DNA from: a bacterium
Lineage (GTDB): Bacteria; Patescibacteriota; Minisyncoccia; Phycocordibacterales; UBA9973
Direction: 5' to 3'
Length of the DNA stretch: 64,000 bases
NCBI GenBank assembly: GCA_037130655.1
Contig: JBAXSP010000002.1
Span: 77,125 to 141,124 of the forward strand
This document shows, piece after piece, positions 38,174 to 46,964 of the stretch. A program made the position numbers and the translations under genes. Numbering within the stretch: position 1 is the first letter of the stretch; each line of letters starts with the position of its first letter. The notes under the pieces were generated by a model. The model saw nothing but the letters and a program-made list of their open reading frames with translations. It had not been told where the DNA came from and ran no database searches.

Positions 38174-39121
38174 GTGTCAATAATGCAAAATGAATCTATA
38201 GATAAACCCAAACTCATCATCATAACCGGCCCGACTGCCACTGGTAAGTCGGATTTTGCCGTGCGTGTCGCCCTTCAACTTCGTTCAGGGCAAGCTCAAA
38301 TAAATGCTGAAATAATCTCAGCCGACTCACGCCAAGTCTACAAAGGACTTGATATTGGTAGTGGTAAAATCACCGAAACAGAGATGCAAGGTGTTCCCCA
38401 TCATCTACTCGATATCACTGGTCCACAAAATGTCGTTTCTGTTGATCAATACAAACGTTTAACACACAAGAAAATCAAAGAAATCACTGAACGAGGAAAT
38501 GTACCTATCATATGCGGAGGCACCGGATTTTATATTGATGCAGTGACCAAAGGAATGTCATTTCCAGAAGTTCCACCGAATGAAGAACTCCGTACAGAAC
38601 TCGAACAAAAAACAACCGAAGAATTGTTCGCACAAGTTGCATCACTCGACAGCGCTCGCACAAAAACAATTGATGCCAAAAATCGCGTCAGACTGATCCG
38701 TGCTATCGAAATTGCAACAGCACTTGGCCACGTTCCTGAAATCAAATCAGCACATCCTTATGACACCTTATTTATCGGACTTGATTTACCAGATGAAGTA
38801 TTGAAAGAGAAAATCAGTATTCGCCTATTCGCGCGAATTAGTCCAATGTTAGAGGAAATTAAAAACTTAAACGAAAACGGGTTGTCTTGGAAACGGATGA
38901 TTGCACTTGGTCTCGAATACCGCTATGGTGCAATGTGTGTCAAAGAAAAAATTTCTCAAGAAGAAATGATTTCAAAACTCCAAACTGAAATCTGGAAATA
39001 CGCCAAGCGTCAACGAACATGGTTCAAACGAAATAAAAAGATTGTATGGATTGACCCGAGAGAAACTAATACTGAAGTAATAGAAAAAATTAAAAGTTTC
39101 TTAGAAAAATCTAACTTTTAA
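38174..39121 (+). CDS. miaA: tRNA dimethylallyltransferase
   Basis: P-loop ITGPTATGKS ... ISADSRQVYKGLDIG. Confidence 0.9.
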   Translation: MSIMQNESIDKPKLIIITGPTATGKSDFAVRVALQLRSGQAQINAEIISADSRQVYKGLDIGSGKITETEMQGVPHHLLDITGPQNVVSVDQYKRLTHKKIKEITERGNVPIICGGTGFYIDAVTKGMSFPEVPPNEELRTELEQKTTEELFAQVASLDSARTKTIDAKNRVRLIRAIEIATALGHVPEIKSAHPYDTLFIGLDLPDEVLKEKISIRLFARISPMLEEIKNLNENGLSWKRMIALGLEYRYGAMCVKEKISQEEMISKLQTEIWKYAKRQRTWFKRNKKIVWIDPRETNTEVIEKIKSFLEKSNF

Positions 39122-39350
39122 AAATACTTACCATCATCATTAACATCAAAATAAAGATAAATAGGAACGCAGCAAATTTTACAGCTTCTATTTTTGAAAA
39201 ATTATTGTATTTTTTCATCATGAAAACAAATAATATCAAGAATATTATCCAAGAGACAACGACTACAGCAACATGAGAAAACAAGAAGACATTACTTGTT
39301 ATTATCGTCGATATACTTGCTATCAAAAAAAACAACCGCCAAAATTCCAA
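39111..39350 (-). CDS. small hydrophobic ORF (uncertain)
   Basis: Hydrophobic 79-aa ORF that overlaps the next ORF. Confidence 0.2.
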   Translation of the reverse strand: MEFWRLFFLIASISTIITSNVFLFSHVAVVVVSWIIFLILFVFMMKKYNNFSKIEAVKFAAFLFIFILMLMMMVSIFKS

Positions 39351-39483
39351 GTGTTTTCCAAAAATCTATTAGTTTAGGTTTAAGTAAACGAAAAGCTACC
39401 CAAATAATACCTAATGGAATTAGAATAAAAAGAATTACCGACGGCAACAATCCTACAAACTTAAACCAAATATTTTCTAACAT
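39292..39483 (-). CDS. small hydrophobic ORF (uncertain)
   Basis: 63 aa with 2 TM segments. Confidence 0.25.
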   Translation of the reverse strand: MLENIWFKFVGLLPSVILFILIPLGIIWVAFRLLKPKLIDFWKTLGILAVVFFDSKYIDDNNK

Positions 39484-39570
39484 AAGTATATTATAACATT
39501 ATTAAATAATCTCTTCCAAATAATAGCCCCACAATTTCTTCATATCATTTCTCGTAAGCAAATCGATTTA

Positions 39571-40113
39571 CTACTTATTATTCTCAATAATCTCCTTCAT
39601 GTGAGAAGCGATAGGGCCTCTTATAACATCTTTAAGATTTAAAAGAATTTCTAATTTTCTTAATCCTTCAACGGTCTTTGATTTGAATTCAACGGTGTAA
39701 AAATCTTTAATATCATCTACTCTTTCTAGATCTATTTCGTCTTCATTTAAACTGTATTGCCATCCGGTACGAGTAAACTGATATTCATATTTATATTTAT
39801 CTAGAAGGTTTTCCTGTATAAATTTTTCTGCTTCTTCTAGAGAATCAAACCCTTGTTTAAGAGGAACCTCCGCATCTACACCTATTTCCTTTTGGTCATG
39901 AATTTTTACAGCAACAATAATATCTTTTTGTGGCCATATATTTTTATGATATACCCGAAGCCTTAAAAACTCATCGTCTAGACCTTTGACTGGATTGTAA
40001 GAAGAATATATTTTATCCGTTAAAATATATTCACCCTTAAAAACAGCACCATTATCTTCGAGTGTTTTTCTTGTTGTCTCTATTTCTCGAACAAAAGATC
40101 TAGCTTCAATCAT
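39571..40113 (-). CDS. CYTH-like domain protein (putative)
   Basis: Alternating acidic/basic beta-strand pattern. Weak. Confidence 0.35.
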   Translation of the reverse strand: MIEARSFVREIETTRKTLEDNGAVFKGEYILTDKIYSSYNPVKGLDDEFLRLRVYHKNIWPQKDIIVAVKIHDQKEIGVDAEVPLKQGFDSLEEAEKFIQENLLDKYKYEYQFTRTGWQYSLNEDEIDLERVDDIKDFYTVEFKSKTVEGLRKLEILLNLKDVIRGPIASHMKEIIENNK

Positions 40114-40149
40114 ATTTTATATAGTCTATCGTAATAATCTAAATAGTAC

Positions 40150-40668
40150 TTATTTTTTATATATATTGCAATAATATCTCCACAATTTTTTCATATCATT
40201 TCTTGTCAGTAATTCAAGAATTTCATCTTTCGGAATCCATACAAATTCAGCAATTGATTTTTCTTCATCAGAAATTTCATCTTTTTCAAGATCAGCGAGT
40301 TGCGCAAACACCAAATGATAATGCGCCAAACGATTCACATTTTTTACTGGATGGAAAAATAAACCATGAGAAACACAGTCCATTTCAGTCACCACAGAAA
40401 TATTTTTGTACCCTGTTTCTTCGTGAATTTCTTTTTTGACTGTATCAGCAACACTGTCTCCTTCTTCGATACCGCCAGTCAAAAATCCTTTCCAGTTAGA
40501 TTTCTTCCAATCAGCAATCAGATATAGTTCTTCATTTGGATGTTTGATAACTACCGCGACTGGATCACGCTCAATTATCTCCAATCCTTCTTGATAGGCG
40601 TCAGTTCCGCCACTTTGATTGATATCTACGTCAGGATAAAGCGCCTTAATTTCTTCTAGAGATTTCAT
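40150..40668 (-). CDS. NUDIX hydrolase
   Basis: Nudix box GGIEEGDSVADTVKKEIHEETGY. Confidence 0.8.
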   Translation of the reverse strand: MKSLEEIKALYPDVDINQSGGTDAYQEGLEIIERDPVAVVIKHPNEELYLIADWKKSNWKGFLTGGIEEGDSVADTVKKEIHEETGYKNISVVTEMDCVSHGLFFHPVKNVNRLAHYHLVFAQLADLEKDEISDEEKSIAEFVWIPKDEILELLTRNDMKKLWRYYCNIYKK

Positions 40669-40673
40669 AGTTT

Positions 40674-41348
40674 TTAATTCAACAAAAATCGCAATGTTGA
40701 AACGAGACGAATCTTTTTGTATTCAGGAGATCCTGGGTCTTTGTCAGTGATATCAAATACCCCTTGGTTTCCACGATTGACTCCCCCGACAGTTGTTCCA
40801 GCGTTTTGTGCAAATGAAGTGGCTGTTTCTTTGGCATTCTTGATTGCTTCGGCCAACATTTCTGGCTTCACACTATTTAGATCAGAGAATTCAAAAGAAA
40901 TATAATTTTGATTGAGCACTACTCCTTTCTTCACCAAAAGCAATGTTTCGTTTGAAGCACTTTTTGCCAAATCAACTTTCTTTGTATACACCGCGACTTG
41001 GTTGGTTGAGTTGTATCGGAACGCTGCGTCCTTGTAAGTATCTTGATAGATGTTTACCGGAGCCACATTGATTTCACTTGCTTCAAATCCTTTTTCAGTC
41101 AAGAAACTCTTGATTGCAGTAATATTCTTTTCTGTATCGGCATAGAGTTGATCAATACTATTTGATTTTACCTCAAATGTCAGCGTCCAAATAGCCGTAT
41201 CAGCTTTGACGATTTTTTCTGATAAACCTTTTACTTCAACATACGAACCTTGTTTTGAGAAATCTTTCGAAGCGAAAAATACCGCTCCAGCGAATAATAA
41301 AATTCCTGCACTAATAATCCAAATTGCGTTATTTTTTAGTTTTTCCAT
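40674..41348 (-). CDS. SIMPL/DUF541 periplasmic protein
   Basis: Signal anchor plus a SIMPL-like pattern (WTLTFEVK ... RYNSTNQVAV). Confidence 0.6.
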   Translation of the reverse strand: MEKLKNNAIWIISAGILLFAGAVFFASKDFSKQGSYVEVKGLSEKIVKADTAIWTLTFEVKSNSIDQLYADTEKNITAIKSFLTEKGFEASEINVAPVNIYQDTYKDAAFRYNSTNQVAVYTKKVDLAKSASNETLLLVKKGVVLNQNYISFEFSDLNSVKPEMLAEAIKNAKETATSFAQNAGTTVGGVNRGNQGVFDITDKDPGSPEYKKIRLVSTLRFLLN

Positions 41349-41378
41349 ATGGACTTATTATAGCATTTAAATGCAATG

Positions 41379-41397
41379 TGCGGGCGATGGAGGAATC
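41379..41397. repeat. 19-nt direct repeat of the tRNA-Trp 3' end (second copy at 41575-41593, within the gene)
   Basis: tgcgggcgatggaggaatc is exact at both positions. It covers the T-loop through acceptor plus CA of tRNA-Trp. Confidence 0.85.
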
Positions 41398-41574
41398 TCG
41401 ACTAACAGACTCAGAATCGGTCACGAATATTTTTCACCAGAAAAATTTCTCGACCCCACCTCGCCTATTTTTCTGGTGAAAAATTATGGCTCCGGCTTTC
41501 GATTCCTCTCGCAAGTAAAATTGTTTACTTGCTCATCACCCACAAAAAAAACAGCTTTCGCTGTCTTTTTTTTT
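41398..41574 (+). repeat. family-2 structured repeat, copy 1 (between the tRNA-Trp 3'-end direct repeats)
   Basis: cagaatcggtcacgaatatttttcaccagaaaaat...ctatttttctggtgaaaaattatgg...ctttcgattcctc, hairpin gcaagtaaaattgtttacttgc, then tcatcacccaca (a tRNA-Trp acceptor mimic). ~85% identical to the copy at 48908-49078. Confidence 0.75.
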
Positions 41575-41576
41575 TG

Positions 41577-41647
41577 CGGGCGATGGAGGAATCGAACCCC
41601 CACCAATGGTTTTGGAGACCATTGTTCTACCACTAAACTAATCGCCC
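41577..41647 (-). tRNA. tRNA-Trp (CCA)
   Basis: Acceptor GGGCGAT/ATCGCCC, anticodon stem ATGGT/ACCAT with loop CTCCAAA, T-loop TTCGATT. Confidence 0.8.
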
Positions 41648-41703
41648 GTGTTTGTTGATTCTAACAAAAAAAGCCCGTTTGGGCCAGTTTTTGTTAGAAA
41701 AAA

Positions 41704-41862
41704 TTATTTCTTAGCTTCTTTGAAAACAACGTGCTTACGTAGTTTTTTAGAGTATTTCTTCATTTCCAACTTTTCAGGATTTTGCTTCTTGTTCTTGAAA
41801 GTATAAATAATCTCCTTACTTGTTTTGTTGGTCAATTTTATTAAATGGTCTTGCTTTGACAT
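41704..41862 (-). CDS. rpmG: 50S ribosomal protein L33 (52 aa; missed by the ORF track)
   Basis: Hand translation: MSKQDHLIKLTNKTSKEIIYTFKNKKQNPEKLEMKKYSKKLRKHVVFKEAKK. The L33 pattern (K..NP.RLE..KY...R.H.....K) is present. RBS gaggac upstream. Classic tRNA-Trp/rpmG linkage. Confidence 0.7.
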   Translation of the reverse strand: MSKQDHLIKLTNKTSKEIIYTFKNKKQNPEKLEMKKYSKKLRKHVVFKEAKK

Positions 41863-41916
41863 AGTCCTCATACTATACAGAAAATGGGTCTTTTTTGCAA
41901 GTTTTTTGAGTTATAG

Positions 41917-41941
41917 GAAAATCCCGCAAAAGCGGGATTTT
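41917..41941. terminator. bidirectional terminator hairpin
   Basis: aaaatcccgcaaaagcgggatttt. Confidence 0.6.
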
Positions 41942-41950
41942 CTTATGTTT

Positions 41951-41970
41951 TGTGCGCCGGGTTGGATTCG
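41951..41970. repeat. 20-nt direct repeat of the tRNA-Tyr 3' end (second copy at 42131-42150, within the gene)
   Basis: tgtgcgccgggttggattcg is exact at both positions. Confidence 0.85.
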
Positions 41971-42055
41971 GTTCTTACAGAACCCTGTACCCTAATTGGC
42001 TATTTTATTCGTTGAACTCATAAAATAGCTCAATCAGGCTTCGAATCCTGCTCGC
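41971..42055 (+). repeat. family-1 structured repeat, divergent copy F (between the tRNA-Tyr 3'-end direct repeats)
   Basis: SL1 ggttcTTACAgaacc, ctgtaccc, imperfect hairpin ttggctattttat...ataaaatagctcaa with compensatory changes relative to the consensus, then caggcttcgaatcctgctcgc. Confidence 0.65.
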
Positions 42056-42132
42056 ATTTTTATCAAATAAAAATACTCCGCAACCCGTCTCTCAAAAATA
42101 AAAAGCCTGTTTTCACAAGCTTTTTATTTATG

Positions 42133-42215
42133 TGCGCCGGGTTGGATTCGAACCAACGAAGCCCAAGGGCGACAGATTTACAGTCTGTTGTAATTGACCA
42201 CTCTACCACCGACGC
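42133..42215 (-). tRNA. tRNA-Tyr (GUA)
   Basis: Acceptor GCGTCGG/CCGGCGC, anticodon loop CTGTAAA, long variable arm, T-loop TTCGAAT. Confidence 0.8.
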
Positions 42216-42256
42216 AACAGTAGTACTATACAGTATTTATCTTTTTTTTTCAATAT

Positions 42257-42277
42257 AAAATCCCCTTTCGGGGATTT
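42257..42277. terminator. bidirectional terminator
   Basis: aaaatcccctttcggggatttt. Confidence 0.7.
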
Positions 42278-42279
42278 TA

Positions 42280-44970
42280 TTATGCCTTTGCTTTTTTGTT
42301 TACTTTCACCGGACTTTTCTTTTTACCTTTCTTAGTCTCAACAAAGAGTTCATTGTTCTTGACCGACACTTTGACTTCTTCCCCTGCGGTGACCCCATCC
42401 GCAATGATGTGAGTCGCCACTGGATTCAAAATCTTGGTCTGAATCAATCTATTCAATGGACGTGCACCGTAGTGCGGATCGTAGCCATCTTTTGCGAGTA
42501 GCTCATATGCATCATCAGACACAAGCAATTCGATTCCTTTGTCTTTCAATCGCTTTGCAACTTCACCAATTCGCAACTTCACAATTTCTTTGATTGCATC
42601 TTTTGACAAGATATCAAACACAACGATTTCATCAAGACGATTCAAGAATTCTGGACGAAAATGATCTTTGAGTGCGTCGAGTACTTTGTCTTTGGTTTGT
42701 TCATATTCTTTCTTTTCACTCGTTGCACCGAAACCAAGACTTTCCATTTTTTGAATAAATTGTGAACCAATGTTTGAAGTGAGAATGATCACCGCATTTT
42801 TGAAATTCACGACACGTCCTTTTGAATCAGTTAGACGGCCTTCATCGAGCACTTGGAGCAAGGTGTTGAATACTTCAGGATGAGCTTTTTCAACTTCATC
42901 AAACAGCACGACAGAATACGGACGGTGACGAATCGCTTCGGTCAATTGCCCACTTTCATCGTGACCAACATAACCAGGAGGTGAACCGATCAATTTTGAC
43001 GCACTGTGACGTTCCATGTATTCACTCATATCAACACGAATCAATGCTTTTTCATCATTGAACATAAATGACGCGAGCGCTTTGGTAAGCTCAGTCTTCC
43101 CGACTCCAGTTGGACCGAGGAAAATAAATGAACCGATTGGACGATTTGGATCCGCAATTCCTGCACGAGAACGACGAATCACTTGGGCAACCTTTTCAAT
43201 TGCTTCATCTTGACCTTGAACACGAGCTTTGAGTTCTGTTTCCATCCGAGCCAATTTGATTCGTTCTTCTTCAAGCATGCGAGTTACTGGAATTCCGGTC
43301 CATCGTGCCACCACATCAGCGATATCTTCAGCGGTAATTTCTTCACGCAAGATACGACGAGATTTTTGCAATTTTTTCAAACGCTCCATTTTTTCATGCA
43401 GTGATTTTTCAGCAGTTGGAATTTTGCCATAACGAATCTCAGCAGCAAGTGCGAGATCAGCTTTCATTTCAGCATTTTCAGCTTCGAGACGAAGCACTTC
43501 CAATTCTTTCTTGAGTGCACGAATATCCACCAAGACACTTTTTTCATTTTGCCATTTGAGTTCGAGCTCTTTCGTCTTTTCTTTTGCATTAGCAATTTCA
43601 CGATCGATTTCTTTGATACGTGATTTTATTTCTTTAAATGCTTTTGTAGAAGCCATTTCATTTTCTTGATCTTTCGACAATGCTTCTTTTTCGATTTCCA
43701 GACGCATTATTTTACGATGTGCTTCTTCGAGTTGTACTGGCTTATTTTCAAGTGCCATTCGAAGTGATGAAGAGGCTTCGTCAATCAAGTCGATTGCTTT
43801 GTCTGGAAGATTTCGATTGGTGATGTAGCGAGTCGAAAGCTCAACAGCAGAAATAATCGCATCATCAGTAATACGTACCCCGTGGAACAATTCATATTTT
43901 TCTTTGAGTCCACGAAGGATCGCCACCGCATCTTCGGTACTTGGTTCTTCGACATAAACTGGTTGGAATCGTCGAGCAAGGGCTGGATCTTTTTCAATAT
44001 GTTTTTGATATTCTTTGATGGTTGTCGCACCAATTGCACGCAGTTCTCCACGAGCAAGTGCTGGCTTCAACATGTTTGAAGCATCGAGTGATCCTTCAGA
44101 AGAACCCGCACCGACGATTGTGTGAATTTCATCAATAAACAAAATCATTCGTCCATCAGCCTTTTCGATTTCTTTGATGATACCCTTCAAACGTTCTTCA
44201 AATTCTCCACGATATTTTGTACCAGCAATAAGCAGTCCAATATCAAGTGAGATAACTTCTTTGTTTTTGAGCGATTCAGGCACATCGCCACGAGCAATAC
44301 GAATCGCCAATCCTTCAGCCACAGCAGTCTTCCCTGTTCCTGGTTCACCAATCAATATTGGATTGTTTTTGGTACGACGAGAAAGAATCTGCATAATACG
44401 AGCAATTTCTGTATCACGACCAATAACTGGATCAAGTTTGTCAGCCTTTGCAAGCTCTGTCAGATTGCGAGTGTATTTGGTAATCAAACGTTTCTTTGGG
44501 CCACTTGCTTCAAAGTTCGCATCATTGCGACTCTCAGCAATCATCGTACGAAACTGTGCGATATCGATTTTGAATTTCTCAAGCAAACTTTTTGCCGGAC
44601 CTTCTACTTCAAGCATTGCCAAAAAAAGATGTTCTGCACCAACAAATTCATCTTCGGTTGATTGCGCCATCTTCGGAGACACTTCAATCACCTGCGCCAT
44701 GTCAGGCGTCAAATACATTTGATATGACGGAGAGACCGTACTTTTGATTTCTGGTTCATCAAGTTCTTCAATAACAGAATCAGAAAGCAACAATGTATCT
44801 ACATTCATTGTTTCGAGAATCGCAACAGGCAAACTTTCTTCTTGAAATAAAATAGCGGTCAACAAATACAAACTACTGACGTGATTTTGCCCACGCTCAA
44901 TAGCAAGCTCGTGAGCTTTTTTGATGGCTTCTTTTGCTTTGGTTGTAAACTGATTGAATGATGGCATCAT
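42280..44970 (-). CDS. clpB: ATP-dependent chaperone ClpB
   Basis: Clp N-domain, two AAA+ modules ([15 protein letters not shown]; [15 protein letters not shown]) and a ~120-aa coiled-coil middle domain. Confidence 0.9.
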   Translation of the reverse strand: MMPSFNQFTTKAKEAIKKAHELAIERGQNHVSSLYLLTAILFQEESLPVAILETMNVDTLLLSDSVIEELDEPEIKSTVSPSYQMYLTPDMAQVIEVSPKMAQSTEDEFVGAEHLFLAMLEVEGPAKSLLEKFKIDIAQFRTMIAESRNDANFEASGPKKRLITKYTRNLTELAKADKLDPVIGRDTEIARIMQILSRRTKNNPILIGEPGTGKTAVAEGLAIRIARGDVPESLKNKEVISLDIGLLIAGTKYRGEFEERLKGIIKEIEKADGRMILFIDEIHTIVGAGSSEGSLDASNMLKPALARGELRAIGATTIKEYQKHIEKDPALARRFQPVYVEEPSTEDAVAILRGLKEKYELFHGVRITDDAIISAVELSTRYITNRNLPDKAIDLIDEASSSLRMALENKPVQLEEAHRKIMRLEIEKEALSKDQENEMASTKAFKEIKSRIKEIDREIANAKEKTKELELKWQNEKSVLVDIRALKKELEVLRLEAENAEMKADLALAAEIRYGKIPTAEKSLHEKMERLKKLQKSRRILREEITAEDIADVVARWTGIPVTRMLEEERIKLARMETELKARVQGQDEAIEKVAQVIRRSRAGIADPNRPIGSFIFLGPTGVGKTELTKALASFMFNDEKALIRVDMSEYMERHSASKLIGSPPGYVGHDESGQLTEAIRHRPYSVVLFDEVEKAHPEVFNTLLQVLDEGRLTDSKGRVVNFKNAVIILTSNIGSQFIQKMESLGFGATSEKKEYEQTKDKVLDALKDHFRPEFLNRLDEIVVFDILSKDAIKEIVKLRIGEVAKRLKDKGIELLVSDDAYELLAKDGYDPHYGARPLNRLIQTKILNPVATHIIADGVTAGEEVKVSVKNNELFVETKKGKKKSPVKVNKKAKA

Positions 44971-45066
44971 AATTATTATAAATTACGTAAATGATGCATT
45001 TCTTCGTTGAAATAACTAAAACCCTCGTCACTGTACAACTCGTACACTTCCTCGTATTTTAATCAT

Positions 45067-45166
45067 TCTCTTACAGAGACGGTACACCTTTTGGATATAT
45101 TTCTTCATTATACTCGAAATATATCTCAAAAGGTCTTGCGATTGTGTTTCAACACAATCTCACACC
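45067..45166 (+). repeat. family-1 structured repeat, copy C
   Basis: tctcTTACAgaga, ggtacaccttttggatatatttcttca...ctcgaaatatatctcaaaaggtcttgcg, hairpin gattgtgtttcaacacaatc, then tcacacc. Confidence 0.8.
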
Positions 45167-45207
45167 TCGAACTGCATTCATTTACCTAATTTCTATTTGT
45201 TATATTT

Positions 45208-46395
45208 TTAAATCTTTTTACCGAACTTGTCAACAATTTGAGTCAGTGCTTTGATAAACGCATCAATGTCTCTTTTTTTAGTTTCTCGTCCAAATGAAAT
45301 ACGAATTCCTCCTTCACTTGTTGTGTTTCCAATCGCTACCAATACATGTGACGGATTTTCATCTTTTGACTTACAAGCACTTTTAGCAGAAACAGCAAAT
45401 CCTTTGGCGTTTAGATACAAAATAGCAATTTCACTGTCGAGCAATGGCACAGAAATATTTATGATATGAGGCGATGCGGTTGTTAGACTTCCATTGAACG
45501 AAACATATGGCAATACTTTTTTTATTTCTGTTACAAAATATGCCTTGAGTTCTGTTAGTCGCTTTTTTTCTTTGTGTTTAATTTCATCACTGATAAGTAC
45601 TGCTTGTGCAAGTCCGATATATGAAGTGACATTTTCTGTTCCGGCTCGCAATCCATGTTCTTGGTCTCCCCCTTTCAACAAGGATTCAATTGGTGTACCG
45701 TTTTTGACAAACAATACTCCGGTACCAGTTGGACCGTATATTTTTGTGCCATTGAATGAAAGCAAATCAACGCCGAGTTTTGGAATATGCATATCCATCA
45801 ATCCGATAGCTTGTGCTGCGTCGGTATGAAGCAATGGATACACGCCGGCTTTGTGCGAATCTCGTCCGTTATGTTTTTTGAAATGACGAATTGTTTTTGC
45901 AACTTCTTCAATTGGTAAGATTGTTCCAATTTCATTGTTGACATACATCACTGAAACAAGAATTGTTTCTTTCTTTAAGGCTTTTTTCAAATCTAGGGTG
46001 CTGATGATTCCCGCAGTGTCGACAGGCAGATATGTCACTGTAATTCTTTTTTTATTTTCTAAATACTTAATTGTTTCAAGTACCGCTGGATGTTCAATGG
46101 CTGTTGTAATGACATGTGGAATTCCTATTCCAATATACGCATCGACAACTCCAATAATTGCAAGATTATCACTTTCAGTCCCTCCACTGGTAAAAATGAT
46201 TTCTTTTGAGAGCACTCCGAATGTTGTTGCGATTTTTTTGCGAGCATTTTCCAACACTTCTCTGATTGCAACACCTTCAGTGTGCAATGCATTTGGATTG
46301 GCGACGTATTTTTTATTCAACGAGTAGACGAGTTTATTAACTTCCCGATCAACAGGAGCAAGTGATGCGTAATCAAGATAAATTCGAGATTTCAT
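45208..46395 (-). CDS. cysteine desulfurase (class V aminotransferase, IscS/NifS-like)
   Basis: IYLDYASLAPV ... SFNGTKIYGPTGTGVLFV (PLP-Lys region). Confidence 0.8.
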   Translation of the reverse strand: MKSRIYLDYASLAPVDREVNKLVYSLNKKYVANPNALHTEGVAIREVLENARKKIATTFGVLSKEIIFTSGGTESDNLAIIGVVDAYIGIGIPHVITTAIEHPAVLETIKYLENKKRITVTYLPVDTAGIISTLDLKKALKKETILVSVMYVNNEIGTILPIEEVAKTIRHFKKHNGRDSHKAGVYPLLHTDAAQAIGLMDMHIPKLGVDLLSFNGTKIYGPTGTGVLFVKNGTPIESLLKGGDQEHGLRAGTENVTSYIGLAQAVLISDEIKHKEKKRLTELKAYFVTEIKKVLPYVSFNGSLTTASPHIINISVPLLDSEIAILYLNAKGFAVSAKSACKSKDENPSHVLVAIGNTTSEGGIRISFGRETKKRDIDAFIKALTQIVDKFGKKI

Positions 46396-46481
46396 TGTAT
46401 ATAGTATACACCAAAAAACATTTTCTTTGATTTAAATTCACACACATTCATAATATTTTCACCCTTGAAAAATAGACAAAA

Positions 46482-46952
46482 ATGAGGTATTATAGGGAAA
46501 TGTTTCCATCTCCTACAATCATTGGTTTTATTGCAATCGGCATATTTGCCATTTGTATGCTTGTATGGAATATCAAACTAGAGCGACGTATCAAGAAAGT
46601 ATTCAAAACAGAAAAACACGAATCAATCGACGATGTCATCGAGCACCTCATCAACCACGGACAATTCTTGGCAGAAAAAAATACTGCACTCGAACAATAC
46701 GCATCGATGATTGATGAACGACTCAAAAAACGTGTATTGAGTTCTGAGGTAGTTAGATTCAATGCTTGGGGCGATGCCTCAGGCGGACAAAGTTTTGCCA
46801 TGGCACTCATCGACGAAGAAGGAAATGGAATTATTCTTTCATCACTGTATGCAAGAGACAGAATGAGTGTTTTTGCAAAACCAGTGAAAGCATGGAAATC
46901 TGAATACGAATTAACTGAGGAAGAAAAATCAGTTCTCTTTGCCAAAAAATAA
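46482..46952 (+). CDS. hypothetical membrane-anchored protein (DUF4446-like)
   Basis: N-terminal TM. Immediately upstream of infB. Confidence 0.4.
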   Translation: MRYYREMFPSPTIIGFIAIGIFAICMLVWNIKLERRIKKVFKTEKHESIDDVIEHLINHGQFLAEKNTALEQYASMIDERLKKRVLSSEVVRFNAWGDASGGQSFAMALIDEEGNGIILSSLYARDRMSVFAKPVKAWKSEYELTEEEKSVLFAKK

Positions 46953-46964
46953 CAATCAAAAAAT

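Noticed and set aside
41951-42055. Possible second tRNA-Tyr gene or pseudogene
   Set aside because: Only the last 20 nt (T-loop to CA) match tRNA-Tyr. No acceptor 5' strand, D-arm or anticodon arm can be folded. It is better explained as a direct repeat of the tRNA 3' end flanking element F.
44174-44722. 182-aa plus-strand ORF inside clpB
   Set aside because: It is antisense to clpB.
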